From IMG/VR virus record IMGVR_UViG_3300044708_000233, positions 1-45,523 of that record: a stretch of 45,523 bases of DNA; one strand, given 5' to 3'. Position numbers and translations under genes: made by a program. The notes below the pieces were generated by a model, which had not been told where the DNA came from, made no database searches, and saw only the letters and a list, made by a program, of their open reading frames with translations. The DNA comes from a virus. Taxonomy: Duplodnaviria > Caudoviricetes. Below are positions 25,392 to 33,985 of this stretch, piece after piece. Numbering within the stretch: position 1 is the first letter of the stretch; each line of letters starts with the position of its first letter.

Positions 25392-25658
25392 TCAGACCTC
25401 GTCATTGAATCGGCGCACGAGGTCCTGTGCTCGCAGCAGAGCCTGCCGCGCCTCCTCGGGCAGCGCCGCAACATCGCGATCCGATAGCCGGGCCAGCGTC
25501 AAGTCTTTTCGGAATTCCAGCAATTCGGCGCAGTACATGCAAACGCTCAGGTCGCCGGGGTTCGGCAAGGCTTTACGGTCGGTGACCGAGGTCGCGCCGC
25601 TGAGCTCGTTCCCACAATTGGGGCAACGGCCCTCCCGGGTTGTGAAACTGCTCTTCAT
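25392..25658 (-). CDS. Small zinc-finger protein
   Basis: CPNC..CMYC. Confidence 0.65.
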   Translation of the reverse strand: MKSSFTTREGRCPNCGNELSGATSVTDRKALPNPGDLSVCMYCAELLEFRKDLTLARLSDRDVAALPEEARQALLRAQDLVRRFNDEV

Positions 25659-26317
25659 GGTTTGGCCTTCTCAAGAATTGCGCGCAGCGCCTGCGCGAGC
25701 GGTCGCCAGCCCCAGACGCTCAACGCTGCACTCGTGATGATTTCGGCCATGGCCGAGGCGAGTATCGCGACCACCTCGCCCGGGTGCTGGTCGGTGTTGC
25801 ACAGTTCGGGCGCCGAGACAACCATGTACTTGCGGCATGAGCTCGGGCGGTACTCGTAAATGCCGCATTCCTCGCCGCGCAGGAACACGCAGGCGCGATC
25901 CTCATACGGCAACCGGCCCCATTCCTCCTTGGTGGTCGCCGCAGCCTGGCGCTCGAGTCGCTCGCGATCGATCGTAAGGCCGACATCCTCGGCGGCCAGC
26001 AACGCTAGCACGGCCTCGTCGTCCAGCACCGAGACCAGAAGACGACAGCAATGTGCGCAGCCGCGCTTGCATTGCACCGCAGCACCGGCGGGTGGATGCT
26101 CGATGGCCTGCGCGATCCAAACGGCCATGGCGTCGTGCGCGCCCGCTGCGCGCCCGCCGGGGCTCGGGTGCTGTTTGCGCTCGGCTTGCCGGAACTCGCG
26201 CACATTGTGCTCGAGCGTGTCGAGCATCAATGCGCGGTCCGGCGCCTTGGCCTGGCGCAGCTGCTCGGCGAGCTGCTCGGTGATCTTGACACCACGCAGG
26301 CGTTTCTCGAGGTTCAT
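25655..26317 (-). CDS. YkgJ-like cysteine-cluster (Fe-S/Zn) protein
   Basis: CKRGCAHCC, CVFL...CGIYEYRPSSCR. Confidence 0.85.
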   Translation of the reverse strand: MNLEKRLRGVKITEQLAEQLRQAKAPDRALMLDTLEHNVREFRQAERKQHPSPGGRAAGAHDAMAVWIAQAIEHPPAGAAVQCKRGCAHCCRLLVSVLDDEAVLALLAAEDVGLTIDRERLERQAAATTKEEWGRLPYEDRACVFLRGEECGIYEYRPSSCRKYMVVSAPELCNTDQHPGEVVAILASAMAEIITSAALSVWGWRPLAQALRAILEKAKP

Positions 26318-26739
26318 GACGTGCCGCCGTTGGCCGGATCGTCGCGCGGGTCATCCTTGCGCAACGGGATGTGTTCAGCGCCGGTGCGCTTGTCGAAAAA
26401 TTGGGCCACGCTGAGCCAGGCCAGGGAGGTGCGCGCCATCGTTTCGGCCAGGCCGTGCACGATGCCAACGCTCCATTCCTGCTCGCGTTTCTGGCGCGCG
26501 ATGTCGCCGGCGTAGTCCGCGAGTTTGGAACGCAGGCGCAAGCCCTGGTGTCCATCGGGCAAGTCCTCCATATGCAACACCGACCAGGAGGGATCGACGC
26601 GCTGGAATGTCTCCAAGCGCCCCCGCCCGACCAGGAAGACGCTGGCCGCGACATCAAACTCGCGCAGGATGTCCTCGATGAGCGCGCGCACTTGGCGCAG
26701 CTTCTCGGCCTCGGCCTGTTCGTCGAATGCTGTGGACAT
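26314..26739 (-). CDS. Hypothetical protein, 141 aa
   Basis: GGAG RBS; ATGA coupling. Confidence 0.6.
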   Translation of the reverse strand: MSTAFDEQAEAEKLRQVRALIEDILREFDVAASVFLVGRGRLETFQRVDPSWSVLHMEDLPDGHQGLRLRSKLADYAGDIARQKREQEWSVGIVHGLAETMARTSLAWLSVAQFFDKRTGAEHIPLRKDDPRDDPANGGTS

Positions 26740-26796
26740 CGTGACTCCGGGAATGGATTGGCGCATTCTGAAGACGTGACTTCGTCGTGTCAAACA

Positions 26797-27879
26797 TCAC
26801 ACTCCATCGCGCATTCTTGATGCCAAAAAACACCACCAACGGTGTCGGAAATCCTTCAGGCCACCGACCCCGGTGATGCGGTGGCCGGGCATGGCGGCAC
26901 GCCCGCGGCCGTCGAGATAGTGGAGGGCCCGCTTGGCCGTGTAGCCCCCGCGCACGCAGCCGCCGGACAAGATCACGTCTTCGTTGACGCCCGCAAATTC
27001 GAACGCATGCCTCGGAGAGACGATGCCCGAGCCGTCATCGTCGGCGCCGGCCCACATGAGCACGCCCGTCGGCGTGATGACCGAGGAATCCTCGCAGTAG
27101 AAATGCGTCGATTCACCGGGCCCGGTCAGCCCGGCACGGCCTGGCCGTTCGCTCGCGACGCTGCCGCCGAACTGGATGTGATGACAGTGCCGCATGAAGA
27201 CGGAGCACGTTGCCGCGCGATCCATCTGCACGCCGTCGAACGTCCAGTCCCTCACCGGCGCTGAGCTATCACCCGCGAGCCGGAAGTGCTCGCCTAACTT
27301 CGACCATTCGACTCGACCCCCGCGCCACCTATTGTGATTCGCGCCAGGGTGCGCGTAGACCGAGGTACCGCAGTCCGCGATGATGCAGCCGTCGAATTCG
27401 CTATCGATCGGCGAGATGACGCCCACATGCGTGCAGCGCATGAAGCGACAGTGGAGCGCGGTAACGACGCAGCTATAGGTCGAGCTTCCATTGACGGCGC
27501 CACCCAGGCCGTCCAGGCAGTCCACGATATACAACCCATCGATCGTTAGGTGATCCGATCCGCCCGAGATCGCAGTGCAGGCGCCGTCGCCAACGATAGT
27601 GAAGTCCCGAAGTACGACGCCTCGCCCACGCGTCGCGTCGCTGAAATCGAAGATCGCCTTGGTACCCGGGAGAGGTACGAGTCGAGGGGAGTTCCAGGGC
27701 GCCTCGTCGACATAGTTCGGCGCGCCCCAGCCGTACAGCACCGAGCCGTTACCGTTGGACAGAGGCCTGACCGAGTACGTACAGCCGCGAATCATCTCGG
27801 CCGTATTACCGTCCTGCGCGAAGGCCGCGTTAAAGGCAGGCGTGTCGTCGCTGCCCGAGGGCTCCAAAATAGTGTGCAC
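26797..27879 (-). CDS. Right-handed beta-helix (pectin-lyase-like) protein, 360 aa
   Basis: GSDDTPAFNAA motif; repeats LRDFTI, IDGLYIVDC, FDGCII, FDGVQMD. Confidence 0.7.
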   Translation of the reverse strand: MHTILEPSGSDDTPAFNAAFAQDGNTAEMIRGCTYSVRPLSNGNGSVLYGWGAPNYVDEAPWNSPRLVPLPGTKAIFDFSDATRGRGVVLRDFTIVGDGACTAISGGSDHLTIDGLYIVDCLDGLGGAVNGSSTYSCVVTALHCRFMRCTHVGVISPIDSEFDGCIIADCGTSVYAHPGANHNRWRGGRVEWSKLGEHFRLAGDSSAPVRDWTFDGVQMDRAATCSVFMRHCHHIQFGGSVASERPGRAGLTGPGESTHFYCEDSSVITPTGVLMWAGADDDGSGIVSPRHAFEFAGVNEDVILSGGCVRGGYTAKRALHYLDGRGRAAMPGHRITGVGGLKDFRHRWWCFLASRMRDGV

Positions 27880-27893
27880 GGGGCACCGCGCTT

Positions 27894-28484
27894 TCAGGGG
27901 CTGCGCTGCGTCCTGGCGGCCGGTGTCTTCACGGCCCGCGTCAACGCGGCCTCGGGCGAGTCAGCCGGCGCGGCGTCGACGCGCTTTTGTCCGGCCGCCT
28001 CTTGCGCGCGCTGCTGCTGCATCGCCTTGTGCTGCGCCAGGCTGTTCGTTTGCATCGCGACCTTCGGCGCCGTGATGGTGATGATGACCTCCTGCTGTAC
28101 TTTCATCCCGATCAGGCCGAGCGTCATCGGCACAAGATCGTGCGAGCCGACGCGAAGGCGCAGTTCCACCATGCCGTCGTTCAGGGGCAGCACCCGGAAG
28201 CTATCCAGCTTGCAGCCGCCCAGCACGATGGCCGACTCGTCGTCGATGCCGTGCTCGAGGTGTACGACCCAGCCTTCGCAGATGGTGGCCAGGGCGACCA
28301 GCTCGATCCCCGGCACGCCGAGCACGGGGCGCAGCTGCGGGCACAGCATGTCGACGACAGTGTCGCTCGTCTTGATGGTGAACCCGAGTGAGACGGCCGG
28401 GACATGGTCCTCGCCGTGATGCTCGCTGCGGTTGGTCACGCTGGCCAGCAGCGCCGTCGTGGGCTTCTTGAGTTCGAACACCAT
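27894..28484 (-). CDS. Hypothetical phage protein
   Basis: NRSEHHGEDHVPAVSL...LD.F...DG.VEL..RV family pattern. Confidence 0.65.
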   Translation of the reverse strand: MVFELKKPTTALLASVTNRSEHHGEDHVPAVSLGFTIKTSDTVVDMLCPQLRPVLGVPGIELVALATICEGWVVHLEHGIDDESAIVLGGCKLDSFRVLPLNDGMVELRLRVGSHDLVPMTLGLIGMKVQQEVIITITAPKVAMQTNSLAQHKAMQQQRAQEAAGQKRVDAAPADSPEAALTRAVKTPAARTQRSP

Positions 28485-28508
28485 GGTGCACCTCGGTTTC
28501 AAGGGGGT

Positions 28509-28733
28509 TCATTTGACGGCAGGCCCGGCGGCGCGTGGGATGTAGTCCACGCTCACGAGCACCGCCTTGCCCACTTCGAATGTCACGCAAAAGCGCCGGG
28601 CGTTCCGGGGAATTTGCAGTGCTTCCTCGAGGAAAACGCGCAGCTCGGCGCCCTCGCCACTGCCGCACGTCATGGGCAGTGCGAACTGATGCGGCGACCC
28701 GTCGTCGCGCGTGTCGGTCGTGTCGTCGTTCAT
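28509..28733 (-). CDS. Hypothetical protein, 74 aa
   Basis: GGAGG RBS; ATGA overlap. Confidence 0.55.
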   Translation of the reverse strand: MNDDTTDTRDDGSPHQFALPMTCGSGEGAELRVFLEEALQIPRNARRFCVTFEVGKAVLVSVDYIPRAAGPAVK

Positions 28734-28936
28734 GGCGTTGGTCCTCCGGAACCGCCGGCGGTGATGCGCAGCCGCGCGAGCTCGGCGCGCAATTGTTCGA
28801 CCTGCGCGCGCGCCTCGTCGCGTTCGTCGGCCACGGTGGCGAGCATGTGGCGTAGTCGCATGATTTCCTGCCCACGCAGCGTGAGCAGTTCGGAGAGCTC
28901 ACGCTCGCCCAGACTAAACCGCGTGCCGTATCTCAT
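28730..28936 (-). CDS. Small coiled-coil protein, 68 aa
   Basis: ERDEARAQVEQLRAEL; ATGA overlap. Confidence 0.55.
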   Translation of the reverse strand: MRYGTRFSLGERELSELLTLRGQEIMRLRHMLATVADERDEARAQVEQLRAELARLRITAGGSGGPTP

Positions 28937-29163
28937 GGCGCCCGCCTACGGCGCGTGCGCGGCGGATGCGTGATGCTCGTGCTCTCGATGACCACGCCCG
29001 CGGCCAGCAGCCGCTCGACGTCGCTGGCCGTGGCCACGCGCGCCGTCACGGCGCCCTTCATGGCGCGTGATTTGTTCGGTGCGCGCATCAAACGTTCGCT
29101 TGCACCGTCGGATGTGCTCGTGCTCGCGAGCACATACAGGCGCGTGTCGCGAATGGTGGTCAT
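28933..29163 (-). CDS. Hypothetical protein, 76 aa
   Basis: AGGAGG RBS; RLMRA.N...ARVAT..DV..LL.AGV.IE pattern. Confidence 0.6.
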   Translation of the reverse strand: MTTIRDTRLYVLASTSTSDGASERLMRAPNKSRAMKGAVTARVATASDVERLLAAGVVIESTSITHPPRTRRRRAP

Positions 29164-30239
29164 GATTCACCTCCTTGCCATTTCTCGCTGTAGGCCGCGC
29201 TGAGCTGGGCGAGCTCGTCGGGCTCGAGCGCGCTGCGCGCCGCGTCCAGCACCAGCAGCGCCCCGTCGCTGTCTGTCGTGCCGGCCATGGCGACCAGGTA
29301 CTGCGCCAGCGACAGCGGCACCGGCGTGCCGTCGATTTCGCCCGCGTCGTTGGCGGGCGGCTCGACCGCGGTACGTGTGCGCGATGCGCGGCGCTTGCCG
29401 ATGACCTCCTTCGCCGAGGTCGGTGGCGCGCTGCTACCGGCCGCGTCGCTGCCTTCGCCCGGGGGCGTCAGCTCGAACCAATCGCCCGGCGTGCTGATGC
29501 CATCGCGCAAGCTCGCGAAGATGCGCTTCAGCTGCACAACCTGCGCCGGCTGAATGGCATCAAGTCGGCGCTGGATGCGTTTTTCGATGTGTGCCTTCGT
29601 GACGTCGTACGGCGCGAACGCCTCGAGCATCCTCGCCATGCCCTCCGGGCTCGTATCGGCGCGCGTGCGCAGCGTGGCGGTGGCTTGATCCATGGCCATT
29701 GCGATGACGTCGCCAGGGATCAGCGCGAGGATGCAGGCCCGCTTGCGGCGTTGCGCTTGTGATGCGCAAGTTTCAAAAATATCTCTTTCGTCCTTCAGCG
29801 GATAACCGCCCTTTTTCGTGTCGCGCCAGTGGCGCACATGGAATTTGATCGCCTCGCGGTTAACCGTCTCGTAGTCGACCGCGAAGGCCTCAATTTCCGA
29901 CACGCCCACGCCATCGGCACCGACAAAGCGTGAAAGTTCCGACCAACCCGTCGCCATGTTGCCCCAGGCCAAGCGAATCGCTTCGGCCGAACGGATGCTC
30001 GGCCCGGCGATGTCGGTGCCGCCACGCTGAAAGCTGTATTGAGATTCCTCTGCTAAGCCGGCGCGTTGGAAAGCATCCCGAATACGGTCACAGGCATGCA
30101 GCTCGTTGCGCGGATTCTGCCGCGCGCTGTAGATCATTGCGAGAACTTCAGTCGACTCGCGAGCCTGCTGCACGCGACCGGCAGCGGTATCGGCGAGCGC
30201 GCGCCGGGCTTCGAATGGATTCGTCGTGATGTCGTTCAT
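29160..30239 (-). CDS. Putative recombination/single-strand annealing protein, 359 aa
   Basis: PRNE..A.DRI, YSFQRGG.DI.GPSIR.AE...WGN, RRKRACIL.LIP family usually paired with phage exonucleases (function inferred). Confidence 0.55.
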   Translation of the reverse strand: MNDITTNPFEARRALADTAAGRVQQARESTEVLAMIYSARQNPRNELHACDRIRDAFQRAGLAEESQYSFQRGGTDIAGPSIRSAEAIRLAWGNMATGWSELSRFVGADGVGVSEIEAFAVDYETVNREAIKFHVRHWRDTKKGGYPLKDERDIFETCASQAQRRKRACILALIPGDVIAMAMDQATATLRTRADTSPEGMARMLEAFAPYDVTKAHIEKRIQRRLDAIQPAQVVQLKRIFASLRDGISTPGDWFELTPPGEGSDAAGSSAPPTSAKEVIGKRRASRTRTAVEPPANDAGEIDGTPVPLSLAQYLVAMAGTTDSDGALLVLDAARSALEPDELAQLSAAYSEKWQGGES

Positions 30240-30255
30240 TGATTAATTCCCCTTT

Positions 30256-31398
30256 CCTGCCTATCCGGTCCACGCCTTGAGCGCCCTCGCCAGACCTCGC
30301 CGACCCATACCCGTACCTGGCCCAGCCATGTCCTTGCCTGCCTTGCCCCGCCACGCCATAGCATTTCGTGGCCTTGCCTGTACGTGCCTGCCTGGCCCGG
30401 CCTGACCTTGGGCAGCCAGTCCTCGATCACGCCTGCCTTACCTCCCCGTATCCAGTCACGTCCCGTCTCGCCGCACCTAGCCGTGCCTGCCGTGGGCTAC
30501 CCTGGCCTTGTCGTGCGCAGCCAGTCCTCGCCTATCCACGCGTCGCACGGGCTCGCGTCGCCTGCCCCACCTCGCCTCACTAGGCCAAGCCCAGCCTCAC
30601 CAATGCCGTGCCTGCCTTGCCACATCCTTCCAATCCCGACCTATACGCTCGCGTCTCGCCTGCCTTGCCAATCCAGGCCACGATGCGCTCGCGCCTCGCC
30701 TGCCTCGCCAATCCAGGCCGTAACGAGCCGCGCGAATCCTCACTGCGCCGCGCCCTACCCGGCCCTGCCTGCCAAAGCCAAACCACGCTCCGCCGCGCCT
30801 CACCGCGCGCAACCATTCCACGCCGTACCTGCCACGCCATGCCTCGCCTCATCCGCTACCGCGCCTTACCTCGCCTTCATCCACCCCTCCGCGCCTGCCT
30901 CGCCACGCCATACCGTGCAATCGGAACCCGCCAGCCCAGACCCGTCCTCGTCACGTCATTTCACGCCTCTCTAGACCGAACCGCGCCGCGCCTGCCGCGC
31001 ACCGCCCCGCCGTGCCGTACCGGCCCAAACCCGTTCCCCGCCCCGCCTCGACGCCGCCATGCCCAACCTGCCTCGCCGGGCCTGTCACTGCCTGTCCCAA
31101 CATCGCCCCACCAACCCTAGCCTGCCTGTCCGCGCCTGCCTCTCCGTGCCTGTTCCAGCCCACACCAGCGCCCGGCCGTACCTCGCCGTGAGCGACCACT
31201 CCAACCGTCGCCTGCCTCGCCGGTCCGAGCCGTGCGTACCCCTCGTCACCCGACCAGCCCTCGCCTGCACCTCGCCTGCCTTCCGCGCCTGCCGTACCAA
31301 GCCTCGCCGTGCCGCGCCCAACCCCGCCACTCTGAGACGAGCCGAACCTCGTCGCGCCATGCCTGCCTCACCACTTCAGTCCGTGCCATTGCCTGTCC
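30256..31398 (-). repeat. ~1.15 kb non-coding array of GGY-NN pentamers with GGCAGG delimiters; putative guide-RNA array
   Basis: 5-nt periodicity (+ strand RCC-NN); 21 copies of CCTGCC spaced mostly 40-100 nt; fills the gap between two co-oriented genes. Confidence 0.85.
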
Positions 31399-31400
31399 AA

Positions 31401-31922
31401 TCAGGCTGCATTGCGGTCATCGAACCAAGTCCGAAGACCGACAATACGCTCAATCAACCCATCGATTTCCGAAGCCAGCCCGAGGGTCAATGCATAACCG
31501 CGCGCACGGTCGAGTGCTGAACGTGCGCGACTGAGTTCCGCATCCACATGGGCGCGTTTGAGGTCTTCATCGGTGCGCAGTTCGTCGACCGTCACATAGC
31601 CTTGTTGGTCGGCCGGCGCCTTTGGATTGCGCACGTAGTACGGCACCTTGTAGGTCGTCGTTGTCGTGATCGTCTTCACCCGATAGGTGCAGATGATTTC
31701 GCGCGCCTGCACGACCCAATGCTGATACGCCGCGCGCTGCAGATCCCAGTCGATCAGCGCATGCAACGGGCTTTTGGCGTCGCGCGCCGCTTCGACCACC
31801 GCTTCGGCGGTCAGTCCGTATTCGCCGCGTTCGATTTGGGCGAGCGCATCCTGGATGCGCTGCTTGGCATCGGCGTCGCCGGCCTTGCGCCGCGGAGGTT
31901 GAATCGGCGCGCGTTTCATCAT
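31401..31922 (-). CDS. Accessory protein of the RAMP-array locus, 173 aa
   Basis: LTAEAVVEAARDAKSPLH..IDWD...AA.QH...QAR.II motif; ATGA-coupled to the RAMP gene. Confidence 0.75.
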   Translation of the reverse strand: MMKRAPIQPPRRKAGDADAKQRIQDALAQIERGEYGLTAEAVVEAARDAKSPLHALIDWDLQRAAYQHWVVQAREIICTYRVKTITTTTTYKVPYYVRNPKAPADQQGYVTVDELRTDEDLKRAHVDAELSRARSALDRARGYALTLGLASEIDGLIERIVGLRTWFDDRNAA

Positions 31923-32803
31923 GCGCTCCCTTCAGCGGCCGCGCCATTGCCGCGGTAGCCGCCCTTGGTCGCACCTACAGGGGGCGGAATGCCATCATCG
32001 CCACTGATGTCGCGCGACTGGCGTACCGTCGCCTTGCGACCCCGCTTGCCGATGACCTCATCCTCAAACCAGTCGAGCGCCTCTTCGGCCTCCTCGTCGA
32101 ACGGCTCGGCGTCCTCCATGGCCTGGAGCTGTGCGGACCTTCCCCAGTGCGCTTTCACATCCAGATACTCGGGATCGTCCGCAGCGCATACCCGAAAGCC
32201 GCCGAATGACCCCGACCCCTTGCCCTGGCGCCATTCGCCCACACCCGAGGAAATGCCGGCCGTGTGCAACAGGTTGGCCAGCCCCTGCGGGCGAACGAGC
32301 AGCGGCGGGTAATGCAATGTCAGCTCGGTTGCCCACGCGGGCAGGATGCAGCGCGTACGGACGTCGGGCGTATGGTTGATGTCCGAATTGCGCGTGATGG
32401 CCATGTGCAAGAACGGATGACCCCAGACCGCGATGCGATCCCAGTCGACCCGCAGCAAACGAAGGATCTTGCTCTTCGCCATCCCCGGCGTGTCGAGCGC
32501 CGCGGTGCCCATCGCCTGCTTGAACATCGTCGGCAGCAGGGCCAGCAGTGTCGGCGCGTCATCGACGCGCAGTCGGTACGGAGAGCTGCGGAATTCGGCT
32601 ACCGGGTCATGTTTCAGGCTCGTCGCCTTGTCGGCCGCCGTCTTTCGGCCGCTGGGGCCGAGCAGCTGCTGCCACACCTTCGACGTCATGCGGTTGAGAA
32701 TCAACGGCGTCGTGCCGACGATGTGGAACGTGATCGATGCTTCCTCGATCTTGAGGAAGTCGACGATTTCTTCAGACTTCTTCGCGCTTGCCTTGGTTGT
32801 CAT
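31919..32803 (-). CDS. Solo Cas7-like RAMP-fold protein, 294 aa
   Basis: N-terminal strand ITFHIVGTTPLILN, LPTMFKQAM helix, C-terminal G-rich loop AGISSGVGEWRQGKGSGSFGGF. Confidence 0.75.
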   Translation of the reverse strand: MTTKASAKKSEEIVDFLKIEEASITFHIVGTTPLILNRMTSKVWQQLLGPSGRKTAADKATSLKHDPVAEFRSSPYRLRVDDAPTLLALLPTMFKQAMGTAALDTPGMAKSKILRLLRVDWDRIAVWGHPFLHMAITRNSDINHTPDVRTRCILPAWATELTLHYPPLLVRPQGLANLLHTAGISSGVGEWRQGKGSGSFGGFRVCAADDPEYLDVKAHWGRSAQLQAMEDAEPFDEEAEEALDWFEDEVIGKRGRKATVRQSRDISGDDGIPPPVGATKGGYRGNGAAAEGSA

Positions 32804-32984
32804 GATTGTTCCAATGTGCCCGGTTGTTGATTAATTCGACGATCCGTGCCGGGCTTTCACGGCATGCGTCAAATTCTTTGATCGCTTGGCGAAATGCGAT
32901 GCTTGCAAAGAAGGACCAGTTCAGCGGCATCGTGTCCATTGCGGCCTTCAAATCCTTGGTAACGTAAATGTTCACGCGTGCCAT
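32772..32984 (-). CDS. Small RHH-type regulator/antitoxin-like protein, 70 aa
   Basis: MARVNIYVTKDLKAAMD...NWS..A..AF; GAGG RBS. Confidence 0.6.
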   Translation of the reverse strand: MARVNIYVTKDLKAAMDTMPLNWSFFASIAFRQAIKEFDACRESPARIVELINNRAHWNNHDNQGKREEV

Positions 32985-32993
32985 GCTGACACC

Positions 32994-33911
32994 TCAGACA
33001 TACGTTTCAGAGCCGCCCGCCCACCGTGGCAAGCCGACGTTTTCGACCTCGGACGAATACCCGGGCCACTCCCCGCGCTGCCGGCAGCGCGCCAGCGACT
33101 CGAGCGCCTCGCGGTTTTCGCGCGCCGCGATGTCCCAGGCCTCGGCGTCGAGCTCGACAACCCTTGCGGCGAACGGGTACTTGCTCTCGACGAACGCGAA
33201 GATGAATCCCGCCACGCTGATGTGCGAGGCGAGCGCATACCCGGTGCTGTACCAGACGCACTGGTGGTGGTACCCGTAGCGGGCGATGGCCGCCTGCACG
33301 CCGCGCCGGCTCGCGTCTTGGGTTGACTTGAGATCCAGGATCATCGCCAGCGGCTGGTGCGGCGTGCCGAACTCGCGGTTGACGCAGTCCGTGCGGCATC
33401 GGCAGCCCAAGCCCGTGGCCGGGTCGGTCCAGAAGGCCGACACCTCGCAGGCGCCGCCCTCGAGGATTTCGGCCACGGCGTCCAGGCGGCGAAGCGAGGC
33501 GGCCTGTCCGAGCGCGGTAGCGTACTGCTTCGGGGTGATGGCAACACGCCCCGGGTTCGCCTCGACGAACTCCTTCCAGGCCTTTGCCGCGCGGGTCTTC
33601 ACCGCCGGCCCGACCACATAGCGCCGGTCGAACTGGTCCGGCTCGAGCGTCGCGCAGTGGCACAGGGTGCCGGCGAACAGCGCCCCGGTCGGGTCGTCCC
33701 CATCGTCGTCGGTCAGGAACACCTCGGGCACCGGCTGAACGCAACGCGCGAAGTAGTGGAAGGCTGACTTCCGGTACCACGTCAGGTCACTGTTCGAGAC
33801 CTCCGGCAGGCTCTGGTACACGGCGTTCGGCAGGCCATAGACGAGCCCTTGCCGGGGCAGCTCCGCCCATGCGCGGGGCGTCATCGATGCAGGAAAAGGA
33901 ATCGCGGCCAT
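32994..33911 (-). CDS. PD-(D/E)XK exonuclease (RecE/exonuclease VIII, DUF3799-like), 305 aa
   Basis: VSNSDL, GTLCH...LEP, EVSAFW.D..TG..CRCRTD, DLKST, YGYHHQ..WY. Confidence 0.88.
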   Translation of the reverse strand: MAAIPFPASMTPRAWAELPRQGLVYGLPNAVYQSLPEVSNSDLTWYRKSAFHYFARCVQPVPEVFLTDDDGDDPTGALFAGTLCHCATLEPDQFDRRYVVGPAVKTRAAKAWKEFVEANPGRVAITPKQYATALGQAASLRRLDAVAEILEGGACEVSAFWTDPATGLGCRCRTDCVNREFGTPHQPLAMILDLKSTQDASRRGVQAAIARYGYHHQCVWYSTGYALASHISVAGFIFAFVESKYPFAARVVELDAEAWDIAARENREALESLARCRQRGEWPGYSSEVENVGLPRWAGGSETYV

Positions 33912-33956
33912 GATGGATTCGCTTTTTGTTTGCTTGCAATGGCTTCCGGGGTTGCC

Positions 33957-33985
33957 GTTGTACGACCGCGAAGTCACATTGTCAA
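33957..33985 (-). promoter_or_regulatory. Sigma70 promoter of the leftward early operon
   Basis: Minus strand TTGACA-N17-TACAAC. Confidence 0.65.

Noticed and set aside
30256-31398. Canonical CRISPR array
   Set aside because: No identical 23-50 nt repeats separated by unique spacers; conservation is at the triplet and hexamer level only
30148-31534. Pro/Arg/Ala-rich ORFs over the array (e.g. 30384..30974, 30608..31120, 30580..30852)
   Set aside because: Low-complexity shadows of a stop-poor repeat; mutually overlapping, and period 5 rather than 3
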